DNA of 64,000 bases, from contig CM060731.1 in NCBI GenBank assembly GCA_030704615.1, positions 14,818,001 through 14,882,000 of the forward strand. Direction: 5' to 3'. The DNA is from Takakia lepidozioides (taxonomy: Eukaryota > Plantae > Bryophyta). Numbering within the stretch: the first letter of the stretch is position 1; the number at the start of each line of letters is the position of its first letter. Under the pieces are notes generated by a model. The model made no database searches, had not been told where the DNA came from, and worked only from the letters and a program-made list of their open reading frames with translations. This document shows positions 1 to 12,865 of this stretch, piece after piece. Both the position numbers and the translations under genes were made by a program.

Positions 1-359
1 TGCACTGTCCAGACTCGAACTCATCAGCCAAGCTGCTCAAGCGGGTATATTTCTGTTCCATCTGTGCAACCAAGTAGGTTGTGTGGAGGGACGAAGATGA
101 GTAGACAGTAGAGGCAAGGCATGGGAGGATTGAGGATGGGGAATTGGAAGCATGGGAGAGTTTGAGAAGGAGAATGCAAAAGGAAAAAACAAGGTGGGTT
201 CTTTCTGGTTCTCCTACTTGCAAGTTGGTATCTTCTCCGACGTTGTTGTTGGTGTGAAGCGAGTGCAAGAGAAGAGATAAGAGAAAGGACCGAGGACACC
301 TGGGTGGCAATTCTTCGAGAAGAGGAAGAAAAGAGCAATTCTCGGAGAAGAGGAAAGAA

Positions 360-3300
360 ATGGGAAGGGTGAAGTTGGAGATAAAAAAAATTGAGAATCC
401 TACCAACAGGCAGGTGACGTATTCGAAGAGGCGCAATGGACTTATTAAGAAGGCGTATGAGCTATCAGTGCTTTGCGACATCGACATCGCGCTCATTATG
501 TTCTCGCCCTCGGGAAAACTGACGCAGTACTGCAATTGCAGGTGTGATGTGTGATGGTTCAACTTTTTCTGGCAACGTTTGAAGAGTCTCTTGCAACAGT
601 GTGTGAGCAGAGAAATGTGAGTGCACTTAGCTTGAGTAGCTTGAGTAGCTTGAGGAGGAAGTGGTAGCACAAGTTGTCAAGATTTTTCTACAGTAATAAT
701 TTACAAAGTCCCTCTTTCGGGGGGAATGTTGGTTTGTTGGGGGCAGTATTGAGGACGTCATCGGTCGGTTTGCGAATTTGCCCATGCACGAGCGCAACAA
801 AAGGTGTGCATCTTCCTTCCGCCCTCTCTCTTCGTTATGTTAAACCACCAACTTTCCTTGAACTTCTAGCGAGTCTTTTTTTCTTTGTGGTGGGGCAGTT
901 TTCAGGATATGATGACTCGCTACTCGAATTTCATGCATCATGACCTCAGCAAATATAGGTGTGCATCCCTCCTTTTCCATTGAATTATTCATCTATAGGT
1001 CCCACTTCTGGCAAATTCCTCTACTGGATCATGTGATATCATGCTCAGTTTTGTTTCAAAGTAGTGACCCTATTCCTTACTGTCTGTGTCAAAGTGTTGT
1101 AATGTAACCAGGGTTTTGGGGTGTTATACATGTAATGTGGCGCCATATTATCGCAATTCAGAAAGATTGAGAACTTGGAGGTATGCTGGGTCCTTGAACC
1201 TCATCACCCATGTTGGCTTAAGGCTTCTAAGCTACAGATCAGTTTCTGAGCTGAGTGAACAAGGAGAGCAAGGTTGCTTGGTAGGTTTCTGCGAGATACA
1301 CAGACTTGAGATTTTTTTTCCAGAGAAAAACTCAGATAATGAATGGGGATGGGTGCATTTTTGCAGTATCTGCACAAGGCATTGAAGAAGCTATCAGGGG
1401 AAAAGGATCTAGCTTCCAATCAACAACTTATTTCTGGAAAGTGAGTATTATGGCCTTGTTTGCTGTGAATTAAGGTAATATTAGAGAAAACCTAGACATT
1501 TGTAATATATGATTCTGCTGCTTGCTATTGGTATCAACCTTACTAGGCATTGTTGAGCTGCAGGGTGTGATTTGTTCCACGATTTACAATTTACCATTCT
1601 GACATATTTGCATGCACATGATGGGATGTTGGGTTGTCATGTGGGACTTGAGCAATCACAGCCAAAGCTATGAGGTTGGGGTGAGTACTGGCATTTGTTC
1701 CTGGTTTACATATCAGCTGTTGTGAGCTAGCATACGCCATGTTCAAACTTTGAGCTCATTTCCACTAATCTTGTGATGTATATATTTAGTGAAGGTGATG
1801 TTGGCTGTCGGGTTTGTGTGAGATAAGAGCTTGGGCTGGCCAAAGCCCTTGTCTCTGGTGGCCCTATGTCTTACTTCTGTGTGAGGCAGGCATTGTGTTC
1901 TACTTGCATAGTATTTATTTACATCGATTGTAAACTCATTTCTTTTATGGCATGGTAAGATGTGTCAATATTCATCAGAGAAAAGATGGGGTGCAGGTAT
2001 TGCAGGAGGAACTAAAGAAGCTTCAACAAGAAAAGAACCATGTGCAACAACAAGCACGGTACCCACCCCTTCTCTCTCTCTCTCAACCCTGGTGGGTGCG
2101 AACCCCACAAAAGGCTCCAGGAGGATTAGTTTTCCACAGGGTCAATGAACCTAAAACCTCTACAGTTTTTAATCCAGTCCATAGAAAGGTGTGTTTTACA
2201 GCTGGTGGGGATGGGTATATGCAGGTTGTATCTAGCAGATGAGCAAATTATCAACACCGTGACATCTGTTCAGCAACTGGCAAACATGGAGACAGAATTG
2301 GAACAAGCTCTGGAAAGAGTGCGTCAACGTAAGGTATGTTAAGTCATCTCACAATTGGTCAAATTTTGCAGGGTACTGCGTTTAATTCAATATGTATTAT
2401 CTGATATCTGACTAGCAACCTGGATTCATGGTGGGGGTGGATTCATTGCAGAACTATATCAACAGTGCCTATCAGGCTGCTAGTGCTATAAATCAAAGAC
2501 AGGTATACTGGGCACAATTCATGACTGAAGCACATTGAATGATCTTCTTGAACAACCAGGCATATGCTTATGGACTCTCCAACCTTGACTATTCTCTCTA
2601 AACTATTAGCAGAATAGAGTTATCCGTAAAGTGAGCCTGAGTTTGGTACCCTGTTTGGACCCGAGTTACGGGTTTCATCCTGAGTTTGAGTGAATCCGTA
2701 AAGTGCAGAAAACTGAGCACGAAGTCAGAAAAGAGGGCACCAAATCATAAACTGGGGATGAGGGCAACCGCTGCTATGGCGCGAGCTCGTGAGCTCTGAC
2801 CGCCTCCGCCTGGACGACCATCAAAACTCGGCACCAAACTCCTGCCACCCCCATTTTCCTAGTCCTGGCAGTTTGGTCCCGTGTTTTTTTCTAGTCGTAC
2901 CGCTTGATCCTGAGTTTGGAGTTTCATACCGAGTTTTGGCCAAACTCAGGGTTCTCATGCCGAGTTTGGGACCCTTTACGGATAACTCTAATGTATCTTC
3001 AAGATTTTCCTTTTAGGTTGGTTATATCCCTACCTGACAATAGCAATTGCTTTTGTGGTGCAGCAGCATGAGTTTCTGGGCAACACGTATCAGCAGGTGT
3101 GTTCAACAGTGTCCTTTGTGATACTGTTATGCTTGTGTGCATGACAGCAACATGGATTTACACTGCGGTTGACTTGTGTAACTACATAGCGTGCGCCTCC
3201 TGATATTTATTCTGTTCAGTCAACATTGTTAACATGTCCAATCAGTTGGGGGACCAACAATTTGGTTGGTCCCCAGCAGAGACCAAAGGTTGAATGTTCT

Positions 3301-4448
3301 CACTATTTAGCTGTTCCTTGCCTTACATGTATCCTTGAACTGAACATTGGTCATCCTTAAGGTTGTCCCTAAGACTTTCATCATGGTGAGGCATGGAGTT
3401 CGGATTTCTTGAGTTGGAATACCTTGTGATTTTCTCAAAGAGCACTGTAGGTGGATGTTGCAGCTGGGGACAAAATCAATGATGATAGGAAGGGGATGGC
3501 ATGCAGATGATCGCGATGCAAGGGGCGCAACAACAATTGACACCTTCACAAGGATCCCAATTTCTGCAGTGGACCACTATGCAGCAGCCTGAGCGTGAGC
3601 AGCAGGCCACTCTCCAAGACTTCATGGAACAACAATCCCACTCTACTTCCATTATGCCTCAGCAAATCTCAAGGTACAGACCTATCTTTGCAACCAGGAC
3701 ATGTTGTTATAGGGAAAGGCTTGCCTGATCTTTGACCAGATTTGGTAGCCACTTTGAAGTTTTCTCCCCTTGCAATTGATACCGGGGTCAAGTCTCGAGG
3801 ACCTGCGGCCTCAGTTGCTAGCAATTTTTCATCGTTGCAGTACAGTAATGCCATTTTCTGTGCTCAAATTGGCTGGGTGAAGGGAAGTGCAAAGTAACAG
3901 TGAGGCCAGTCCATCCAGATACTTTCCAGCTGGATCACATGCAAATTTGCACGAGACATTGGGCCAGATGAACATGCCACAAGGCATTCGCGTGGGTGGG
4001 CAAAGTCTGACCATGCAAGAGTTGGCCATGGACCAGTCAAGCCAGTATGATGATCAGAAAAAGGCCAAACTTGAAGTTGGCAGGGGACCGTATGCAGTGG
4101 CCAGCAATAGTGGGGCTGTGGCAGAGCAACCCACAGAGAGCTTTACAAGACCGGGTGAGCAGCACGCAAGTGCCAGTGCTTCCACCTGGCATCAGTCACA
4201 TCATCATCAGCAGGCATATGCTGGAGCCCAATATCCCCAGGCCTTCTATCAGGTATTTTGATAGCAAACTAGTCCACATGTAGCCTCCAGTTCTCCCCTC
4301 CAAATATCTTGCTATAAGGCTATTAATTGACCATCAGACTTTGAATTCCCTGTGTCTGTGTTCGTCTGCAAGTTATGATTGGATGGTGTTCAGAAATTTT
4401 AAACCTGCACTTTGTCTGCAGAATTCAGATGCATGGAAAGTAGGCTAG
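360..4448 (+). CDS. MIKC*-type MADS-box transcription factor (multi-exon)
   Basis: Exon 1 (360-541) is a MADS domain, [40 protein letters not shown]. Short GT-AG exons follow at about 747-803 ([18 protein letters not shown]), 899-958, 1161-1179 (KIENLE), 1367-1440 ([14 protein letters not shown]), ~1663-1680, 1997-2058, 2225-2333 (K-like, [12 protein letters not shown]), 2452-2502, ~3064-3096, 3507-3673, ~3883-4252 and 4422-4448 (NSDAWKVG*). A multi-exon I region is diagnostic of bryophyte MIKC*. Confidence 0.93.
2615..2990. mobile_element. MITE in MADS-box intron
   Basis: Perfect 17-bp inverted termini tagagttatccgtaaag (2615-2631) / ctttacggataactcta (2974-2990), the outer TA being a likely TSD; internal gagtttg(g) repeats; no coding capacity. 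Confidence 0.8.
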
Positions 4449-6281
4449 TCCCAGCAGTTGGTATCAGTAGTAGAGATGAAGAAGCGAAGGGATTGTCTTC
4501 AGTGGTGAAATGCAATTGTGAAAGAAGAGCATGGGGTGGGAGGAGCAGCGGCCAGCACTAGCCAGAATGATGGATGCCATTGGGGCAGGAGTGATGTCAC
4601 ATCACCAGGGGGAGGAGGGACTGCAACTGCATAGCCACCAGTCAACTGGCCAACAACAGAATGGTCTGGAGTTTAATAGTGGCTTAGCACTGCCAGAGAT
4701 GGATACCTCCCGGTTGCAAACTGCGTGCCAGATTGACCACTCACCTCATCTTCACCTCCCCTCTAGGCCTTCAGTTGGTTGTAGACTGCAATTCTGATGT
4801 CCCAGATTGATGATTGAATTGGTACGATCAGTGTCCACAGGACCACTTTTGCAGTGTGTTCTGGAGTTGTCATGAGGATGGCAAGTGAACCCTCATGTCT
4901 AAACCTGACCTCGAAAGCAATGCACATCTTTCGATATTTCTCACATTGAAAATTGAAAGTTATTTGTTGGGCTAGGTTTCAGACAGAGCTGTGATAACGC
5001 ATTGCAATGAAGCATTTATTTCCCTTTATTTGTGAAAGAGAAGCTCACTAATGTACAAGAACAAACTGATAAGAGTGGAGAGCATCCAGCTTCCCAACCT
5101 GAATGCCAAACAAAACTCACCCATCTTCTGATGGTTGTAGCAAGTTCCAGCAAGGCCTTAGCCCCACAGCTTTGTGGCCAGAAAATTACTTGCTGGGTGG
5201 TTCCTAGTAGGTAGCTGAAGCTGCCCTTCCAACACAATGCATAAGAAATCTTAGAAATGGAGCACTTTGTCCAGTCATATCTGCTAGCAGGCCAATTAAA
5301 GGACAGGTTCAGTCAGACAAAGACTCGTCCAAAAGGGCATAAACATTATTACTGGCCTTTTCTCCATTTCCCAACAACTTAAGGGGGTGTGAAAAAAGTA
5401 TTCAGTGCACTGCATTGGCCTTGCACTTTCACTGCCATCTGACTAATAATCAGACTATTTTTGGTACCCTCAGCAAATGGGAGATTTATCGTGTTACTGG
5501 CCTGAGAACAAGGACATAGAGGAACACAAATGTGGTGAAACTCAAATATTTCGCCACTGAGTTGCGGTGTAGTAACTACCAAATTCCTAACCATGGTGAC
5601 TGCTCATAGGATATACCACGCCCCCCCACCCCCACCCCGTCCACAAAAGTGTAAATGACCCAACCGATTTCAATCATCCTACCAAAATCACCATATCTCC
5701 ATATCCATCCAACAGAGCAGAAGTCTCAGGAAAGCTGTGAATTGAGCATGAAGATATTCTCTCTTTATAACATTCTCAAAGGCGGAAGCCCCATCGGACT
5801 GCAAGAAGCACTGGCGTGTAATACTCCAGTACACTTCTCATCGCAGTTAACTCAAAAGTATTTGGCATACAAAGCCTTCCAGCCAGCCAATTCAAAGTCT
5901 CTTGCTGTCCCAATGGGCCTCTGGGTTTTTTTGCCGCAGACATGGTACAGTTCTTTCCTCGACTCTCTCCCAATGAGTCCTAAGGACTGCAGGCGCACCA
6001 TGCCGAATGAGGTTGAAAAGCCACAACCTCCCTCAAACTCACTCTCACTGGACCTCTTGGGAGCCAAGATGATGATGGCATATGTTTTAGCCTCGTCCAG
6101 AAAAACTATGACCCTGGGGATCCCCCCAAATGGGCACCGCTAAAAATGAATGTGAATCATTCATACAAACTTTACGAACTCCGAAGAATGGGCACAACTC
6201 TCCAACCATGAAAGAGAAGGAAAAATTTGTGGAGAATAGCCTCGGAACCACATGTATGTAATCCTCCATTCTTTGACTGCT

Positions 6282-7513
6282 TCATTCAACCCAGGCCAGA
6301 GAACCAGCAAGGAGAATATTATTTACTAGAGGACCAGGGCAGGGTGCCACATAAGTCACCTTCTTCCTGCATCAACAGACACTTGAACTGGTTAGCGACT
6401 GCTACATGAGATTTTAGTGAACCAATTCAAGGCTTTACTCAGAAAGAAATGAAATGAAATGAAATGGTACTTTATAACGTCCGCGGGACAAAATGGCACA
6501 ACAACAAGAGAGAGGAGACAAATCCAAATCCAAAAAGCAGCCCAAAAGCAACTACTGCTCAAGGAATTGCCTAAGGGTCAAGGTCTCGTGTAGGTACGCT
6601 GCCAAGCATTTCTGATCCTCATAATGGAAGACTTCAGTGAGAGATTGAGTCCCACGGAATAGACAGTGGAATCTCCCACGGGTCTCATAATACAGAGGGC
6701 AAAGAAGAGAGGATAAGTTGTTGATCATTAAGCCATGCATGTAATAGCTTTTCATGCGCTCGTTGACCGCTCCCTGCCTGCTATAGGCTTGAGGGCATGG
6801 TGCTTGTGAGATACAAACCCTCCTGGAGCTGGTCATGGGGTTACAGCCCACTAGGACATAAAACTCAGCCAGAAGTTGCCATACCTTTTCCAAAGCTGGA
6901 TATCGAGTCACAGCAGAGTGAGTGTAAATTTAAGGGCTGGAGTTTGACAAATTTTCCCACTAAACATTTGTGGAGAAGAGAGAATGTACTAATGAGATGG
7001 AGATATGGAGAAGACAGAGAGAGAAGGGGGGGGGAAGGGGGGGGGGGGGGGTGGGACAGAGAGAGAAACCTGGGAACGTCAACCTCTGTGATATAGATAA
7101 ATCCAGCCACGTTACTGCGCCCACCACAGTCCCTTATGTTAAACCAGTACCATTACCATGAGATATACAGATTCTTCCATGAAAAGCTGCTTAGTGGCAA
7201 GACTTCTTACAAGGATGGCAATAAAACATATCTGAAACATAGGTACCTGGATAGTAGATGCTCTGGATCTTTGGCATATGAGACTGCTAGGACAGCATGC
7301 ATGAGGTCACGGCTAATGCTGACGGGGACAACACGAGTTGGGTCTGCTGTAGGCTCGGCACCAATAGGAAGCGCTGACCGAGGTGCCTGGGGCCCACCCC
7401 CAATGCGAAAGACTTGCAACTCACTGAAGTTCGAGACTGAAGCACATGGGGATAGATCGCTCATTCGCCCATAAAAGTACGCCTGCACCAATGTATTCAT
7501 TTAGTGAAGACAG

Positions 7514-7556
<43 letters not shown>

Positions 7557-10500
7557 GCCTTCCCCTACCCACAGCACTGGACTGAAATTTAAACTCGGGG
7601 TGGGGAGTCTACCTTTGTACAATAAACAGATGCAGCGAGGAAAGGGAGATTGTCAATGCCTGATGTGTGGGCAGCCTGAAACAATGTCTGGAGTATTCTC
7701 ATCAGAGAGTAACCCTCTTCTTCAGGTACATCGAGAACATAGTCCCTGCACCTCTCTTCGACAACTTTCAAAATCTTGAGGCTGAGCCTAAAACCCTGGC
7801 CCTATGTCTAACTGCTGTGCAGAACACACAGCAGATTGACGCTTGTGTGAAGGGCTTTCTATAGGAGATCTGAACAAATCGTTTATATCACAGTAAGTCC
7901 CACTACTGGAGAGAGCCCCTCACAAAGGTAGTGTCTGTTCCCTCTCTGTTCAAACAATGTCTTATGAGTGTCTTCTCTCTACCCCTGCCCTTTCTCAGAA
8001 ACTCCTTGCCACCTGTAGCAAACTTAGGGGCTACAGCAGCAGTGCTGGAGTGCTACATTGTGTTTTCTGGCATGATGTCTCCAAACCAGCTACATCTAAT
8101 AATCCATGTGCCCACATGCTTGATGGTTATATGCATGAGCGCCATGTCAATTATCGGATGTCCGTGGTGGGCTGAGATTCCACAACTGGGCCTGGAATGC
8201 TTCCTCTCCCATGGTGCCTATTCTTTAAGGGTACGCCCCAGTGTTCAGAGGGACCGCTAAGAGGAAGTTGGGCGTAAAACTTCCCTGAACTTGTTTCCAG
8301 TTTGTGACATGGGTCCCCTTAAGGATGATCTCTAGGATCTACCTACCCTCAGCACTAAACTGAAATTTAAACTCAGGGCGGGGAGTCTACCTTGGTACAA
8401 TAAACAGATGCAGCGAGGAAAAGGAGATGGTCAATGCCCAATGTTCGGGTGGCCTGAAGAAAATATCCATTTTCTGATACAATGTCCAGGGATTCTCATC
8501 AGAGAGTGACCCTCTTCAGAGCCAGCAAGACAGTCCCTGCACCTCTAACCACCAACTTTCAAAATCTCGAGGCTGAGCGCAAGGTCTAATTGCGGGGCAG
8601 CTCACACAATGCCGATTGATGCTTGTGTGAAGGGCTTTAGGCTAGAGGAAATCTGGAGCCTGAACTGATTGTTTGGTTAAGTCCCACTACTGGAGTGAGC
8701 CCCTCATAAAGGTAGCGTCTTTCCCCACCCAACCTAAGCACAGGGTCTATGGCCACAAGGCTATGGCAAACAACATCTTATGAGTACATTCTGAAACTCT
8801 CTCTCATTTAGTTCTTTACTCCAGTCACTATTGAGTCAGAATTCACAGAGAGCTAGGTATTGTAAAATCCCACTGTGGGTGAAATAGAAGTACCGAAGCA
8901 AGAGTTTGCTCTGAATTGTACATCATAGTGGTATTGAAGGAAAAACAGAACCTCACCCTGGTTTTGTAAATACGACTCCGTTGCCGATACTTGCTGTTGC
9001 GGTTGACAACACCACCAGATTTGTGAAGCTTCACAATTTCAACCCCCGGCTTCTCTTTCAGCACATCCTGAAGCACACTATATAACTTCTCCTGCATAAA
9101 TCAGCAGCTACCATCAGTGACTGTTCAAAAAGAATTCATGCAGATCGATTACAAGTCAAAATCAATCAATTACCCGTAGTATAATTTCAATTGCATAAAG
9201 AATTTAATGGACCACTTCTTGGGAGATAAATAGGTTCCTTCTTCATTCCAAAACAACCATGTGGGATAACAAAAAGTAACCTTTGTAAAACGAGATGATA
9301 TGTTCTGATTGAGCACCTCACAAGTGGCTGATATATGAGGCTCAGAAAGTGCATACCTGTCCAAGTACCAGAACGACGTCCGCACGGAATGTCTCAATCG
9401 AATGTAATAGCAACTGCCATCCATCCATCCCAACAAAGTCTCCATGTTTTAATAGACAAGAACAGTGCAATAAGAGATTCTGCTGTAAGACACTAGCACA
9501 TGAACAAACAAGTCCACAGATTTAGAATTGTCAGTTCTTGCTTGGAAAGTCAAACTAACACAGCTGCAGGTACTGGGACATGGAGCAAATATGAAAGACC
9601 GACAATGAAGAAACAGTCGTTGATTCCATGAGCCATGCAGTCAGTGGTATTTTGATTGAGTATCTTCAGAATTATAAGCTCGTCAAGAGCACACTTCTCA
9701 GTGGATAACCTGAGCTCCAGTTCAGAAATAATGCAAATTTAACCTGGACAAAATAAAAAGAACCACATGACCGCTAAAATCACAACACGTGAACTGATCA
9801 TCCAACAAAGAAATTAAAAGGACCCACCTCATAGCCGATACCCTCAACCCATCCCATGGTATTGATCACCATGCCAGCAGCTCTAACCTCTGCATTAGCA
9901 GCAAATTGTACGTCCAAAGTGTGTGCCAGCTCCTTAACCAGTACCCTATACAAATCTGGGTTCATGCTGCAGCACATCGTCTCTGAACCACATTAAAAGA
10001 AAGCACTTGTTTCAAAGGCAAACTCTCTAACTATGAGGACATATGTTGGACACAAGGCACCAAGAGGTGGACTCCAAAACTCTAATCCTTGGATTCCCAC
10101 AAGCACATAATTCCATCAATGAACACAAGATTTTAGTGATAGAGGCAACTCTTACCGGCTAAAAAATCACAAGACTTCTAGAATCTCCTCTCCCCCTTTT
10201 CTGGTCTATTTAGGCCCACCAAGTCTTATTGCAGCAGGCTATAGCAGGAAAAGTCAAATGCAAAAAGGGGACAAGAAAAGCAATACCAATAAAAAACAAT
10301 TCAGATACCAGACTGACACTATCCATACCTTGGGGTTGTGTGGCCATAGAAGTATACAAGTGGCAAGTCAAGAGGGATGCCCTCAAAAGGGTGAATGGGC
10401 ATCTCAATAGGTGTGGCAGCAATTGTTCCTGGAAGTGTGATAGCACCCTGTCCGATATCTAATTCCACATACGTTGGCTTCCAACCAAGCCTTGCTGCCC

Positions 10501-12392
10501 AACCCAGTAACATCTTTCCAAGGCTGGTCTTCCCTGAGTCTGTGGGCCCAACGACTATCACTCTTGGCCCCTGGCAATGACAAGCGCCCCATCCAATCAA
10601 ACTTACAAAACGGTCAAATGCAAACTGATACGGTGCACTTCATTTACACCAATTTACAACCAACAAACCATCACTTCAAACAAAACACATCTTCAGATGA
10701 AATTCATTAGGATATATGCTATTTAGAAGTCCTTACCTCTGATATTGCAAGTCTCTTATGTTCTGTCATATCCCTGAGCAAGATCAGATATTTCAGCAAC
10801 AAAGCAGATACAAAATCATCTGTTGCAACCTGGGAAAAGAGTTATAATGCTGGAGTAAGCTACCTGAGACATCGGTGAGATGCCATTAGGTAGAGGCAAA
10901 GGGGGAGTAGATGAAGCAGAAGCCTCCCAGGCAAGCTGGCGCCGCCGCTCAAGCACAGCATGCACGTTGACGTAGCTGACCATTGGAGTCTGTTTTCCGC
11001 ACCCCCCCAGCCCACAAGAAAGGCCTGTCTTGTAGCAGTCAAAGTCTCATCTTTACCACCCTGAGAAATTGAAGGGATCTTTGGCACCAAAAGGGTTCAT
11101 TTCTGGTTTTTCTGGTTCTGATGGTCTCTCCCAGTGAAGTGCTTTCGCTTTAGAAAAAGCAGGGTTCAATTTCAACGGCTATGAATGATGCAACTTTGCT
11201 ACCCAGGAAAATGAGTACAAAGAACACGCTGGAGATCTCCACATAAACAAGGGGCTTAGCTTGCCAGACATAGAGAGTGATGTACATCTTAATGTACAAT
11301 TCATCCAATTAAAGAGATTATCGGGTACTCCAGATTCCAGCTAATTGTGGCTTGCAATCCATCAGCTACATTGAGTAAACACTGCACACCTATGAAAAGC
11401 TGAGTATTGAACCAATGAGAGAAATTACCTCGTCAGCAACATATGCCACTTCAGATATTCCATCCAGCTCAATTGTCGCACTAGTCCAAGCAAACACCTG
11501 CAGCAAGACAAATCTTTCAACATGACCTCCCAAATTACAATGCTCCAGCTCCTCTGTCTCTAACCATCCAGTTATCGGCATTGCCATATGTCGGAAATGT
11601 GGTAATAAGCATTGAGAACCTTTCACGCTCTCAGCCCACTGGATTAAACCTCACCTCCTCAAAATTTCAGTCATCAAAGAAATGACAAGTTATATAAGAT
11701 CTCATTTTATTGGTTTGCAGTCATCTGGCATGAGAGAGTGCACATCGCCTGCTGGACACTTGAGCGAAAACTGTCATGGTAGTCACAGGCTTAGCAAAAT
11801 TTAACTCATTGTAGAATTGGATTATCCTCAGGAGGTAAATCTGAACGTGCCTATATGCATTTTGGAAACTTTCCTGTCACTGGAAAAACCCATAGTATCA
11901 TAACATAAAACCCTAAGCCTTAGATGAAACTCCACTCTAATCCAAGAGCACTGAGGGCATGCAAACAGGTGTAGAATTAGAACCACAAATCCCTTGGGAT
12001 ACTGGAGCTCTAATCAGTTGACTTCGAGGCTAGTAAACTCCTGACAGAATTAACCGGACCACTAAAATTCAGAGAAATCACTTCTCTCAGGACCATGCCT
12101 CTCTCTTTCTCTCTCTCTCTCCCTCTCTCTCTCTAACCGCATACAAGGTTGCGAAACCTAATGATCAACTTACAGCAAATTTGTGAGCCGCAGGGAAAGA
12201 GAGCCAAACGGTGGGCGGGAGCTCGGTGCCAAAGATTTCCGCTGTGCCATTCACGAGCTGCAGTCGCAAGGGCGCATCCCAGCCTACCTCCACCCGCAGC
12301 TCACTCTCCTTTTGCAGCTTGAACCTCCTGGTGGGTGCGCCTGTGCCCGACGACCCAGTCCCAGGTGGGCCTCCTGCACTGGTCGAGGCCAT
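6282..12392 (-). CDS. CLP1: CLP1-like polynucleotide 5'-kinase / pre-mRNA cleavage factor II subunit (CLPS3-like), 10 exons
   Basis: Exons: 12392-12174 (MAST...KESELRVEV...GTAEIFGTEL), ~11497-11429, ~10989-10864, ~10570-10330 (Walker A GPTDSGKT, ELDIGQG), ~9967-9828 (INTMGWVEGIGYE), 9413-9357, ~9092-8958 (KSGGVV), ~7480-7246 (YFYG...APRSALPIG), ~7114-7070, 6366-6282 (KKVTYVAPCPG...WVE*). GT-AG boundaries. Confidence 0.93.
6446..6911 (-). mobile_element. 5'-truncated non-LTR retrotransposon (LINE) 3' end in CLP1 intron
   Basis: Minus-strand translation CPLYYETRGRFHCLF...YEDQKCLAAYL resembles a LINE ORF2 C-terminus, followed by an (atttc)n tail (gaaat x4 on the + strand, ~6446-6465). Confidence 0.55.
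7562..8725 (+). mobile_element. Two diverged copies (~7562-7960, ~8343-8725) of a LINE ORF2 3' fragment
   Basis: Direct repeat of ~380 bp; translates LKFKLRAGSLP...QCPMFGWPEENIHFLIQCP, a LINE C-terminal CCHC-like finger. Confidence 0.6.
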
Positions 12393-12865
12393 CTTTCCCA
12401 GCACAGTGCAGGCGCGACTGTGAACCCAAGAGCGAGGAATAGACCAGCAGAAAGAGAAGATCTGAAAGTCAAGCAATGCCGGCACGGGCAAGATCCGAAG
12501 GAAATTGGGTGTGTGAGATTGTGGAAGCTCTCCCTCTGTGGGCAGATGCCTTCTTGCCTCTTCTCACACGCTCTGTGCAATTAGTAGACTCTTCTGTTTG
12601 TATGAAGCCCTACTATTCGCGAGACCCCATTTCCTGCCGTTTCCTAAATCAGAGCTCGGCCCAAAAGAAAATGGCAGCCAATCCTCCCAGCAAAAGCACA
12701 GCATCCTTTGGCATCTATGTCAGGACGTAGCATCCTAAAAGAATATTCTACTAACTGATACGCATATTTCGTTTCTCTGCTGGGACCTGTCATACAAGCA
12801 CAGAGAAGAAGAAGAAGAAGAAGAAGAACCGGAGTAATCAGACCCACAGAGCAGATCAGAGAGGG
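12393..12865. promoter_or_regulatory. Shared divergent promoter/5'UTR region of CLP1 and PSP
   Basis: Start codons at 12392 (-) and 12866 (+) are separated by only 473 bp. Confidence 0.6.

Noticed and set aside
4531-4797. 88-aa ORF after the MADS stop
   Set aside because: Lies in the presumptive 3' UTR. An alternative last exon cannot be excluded but has no support.
5655-6143. Small ORFs (162 aa +, 71 aa -) between MADS and CLP1
   Set aside because: No recognisable motif; the position fits 3' UTR or intergenic sequence.
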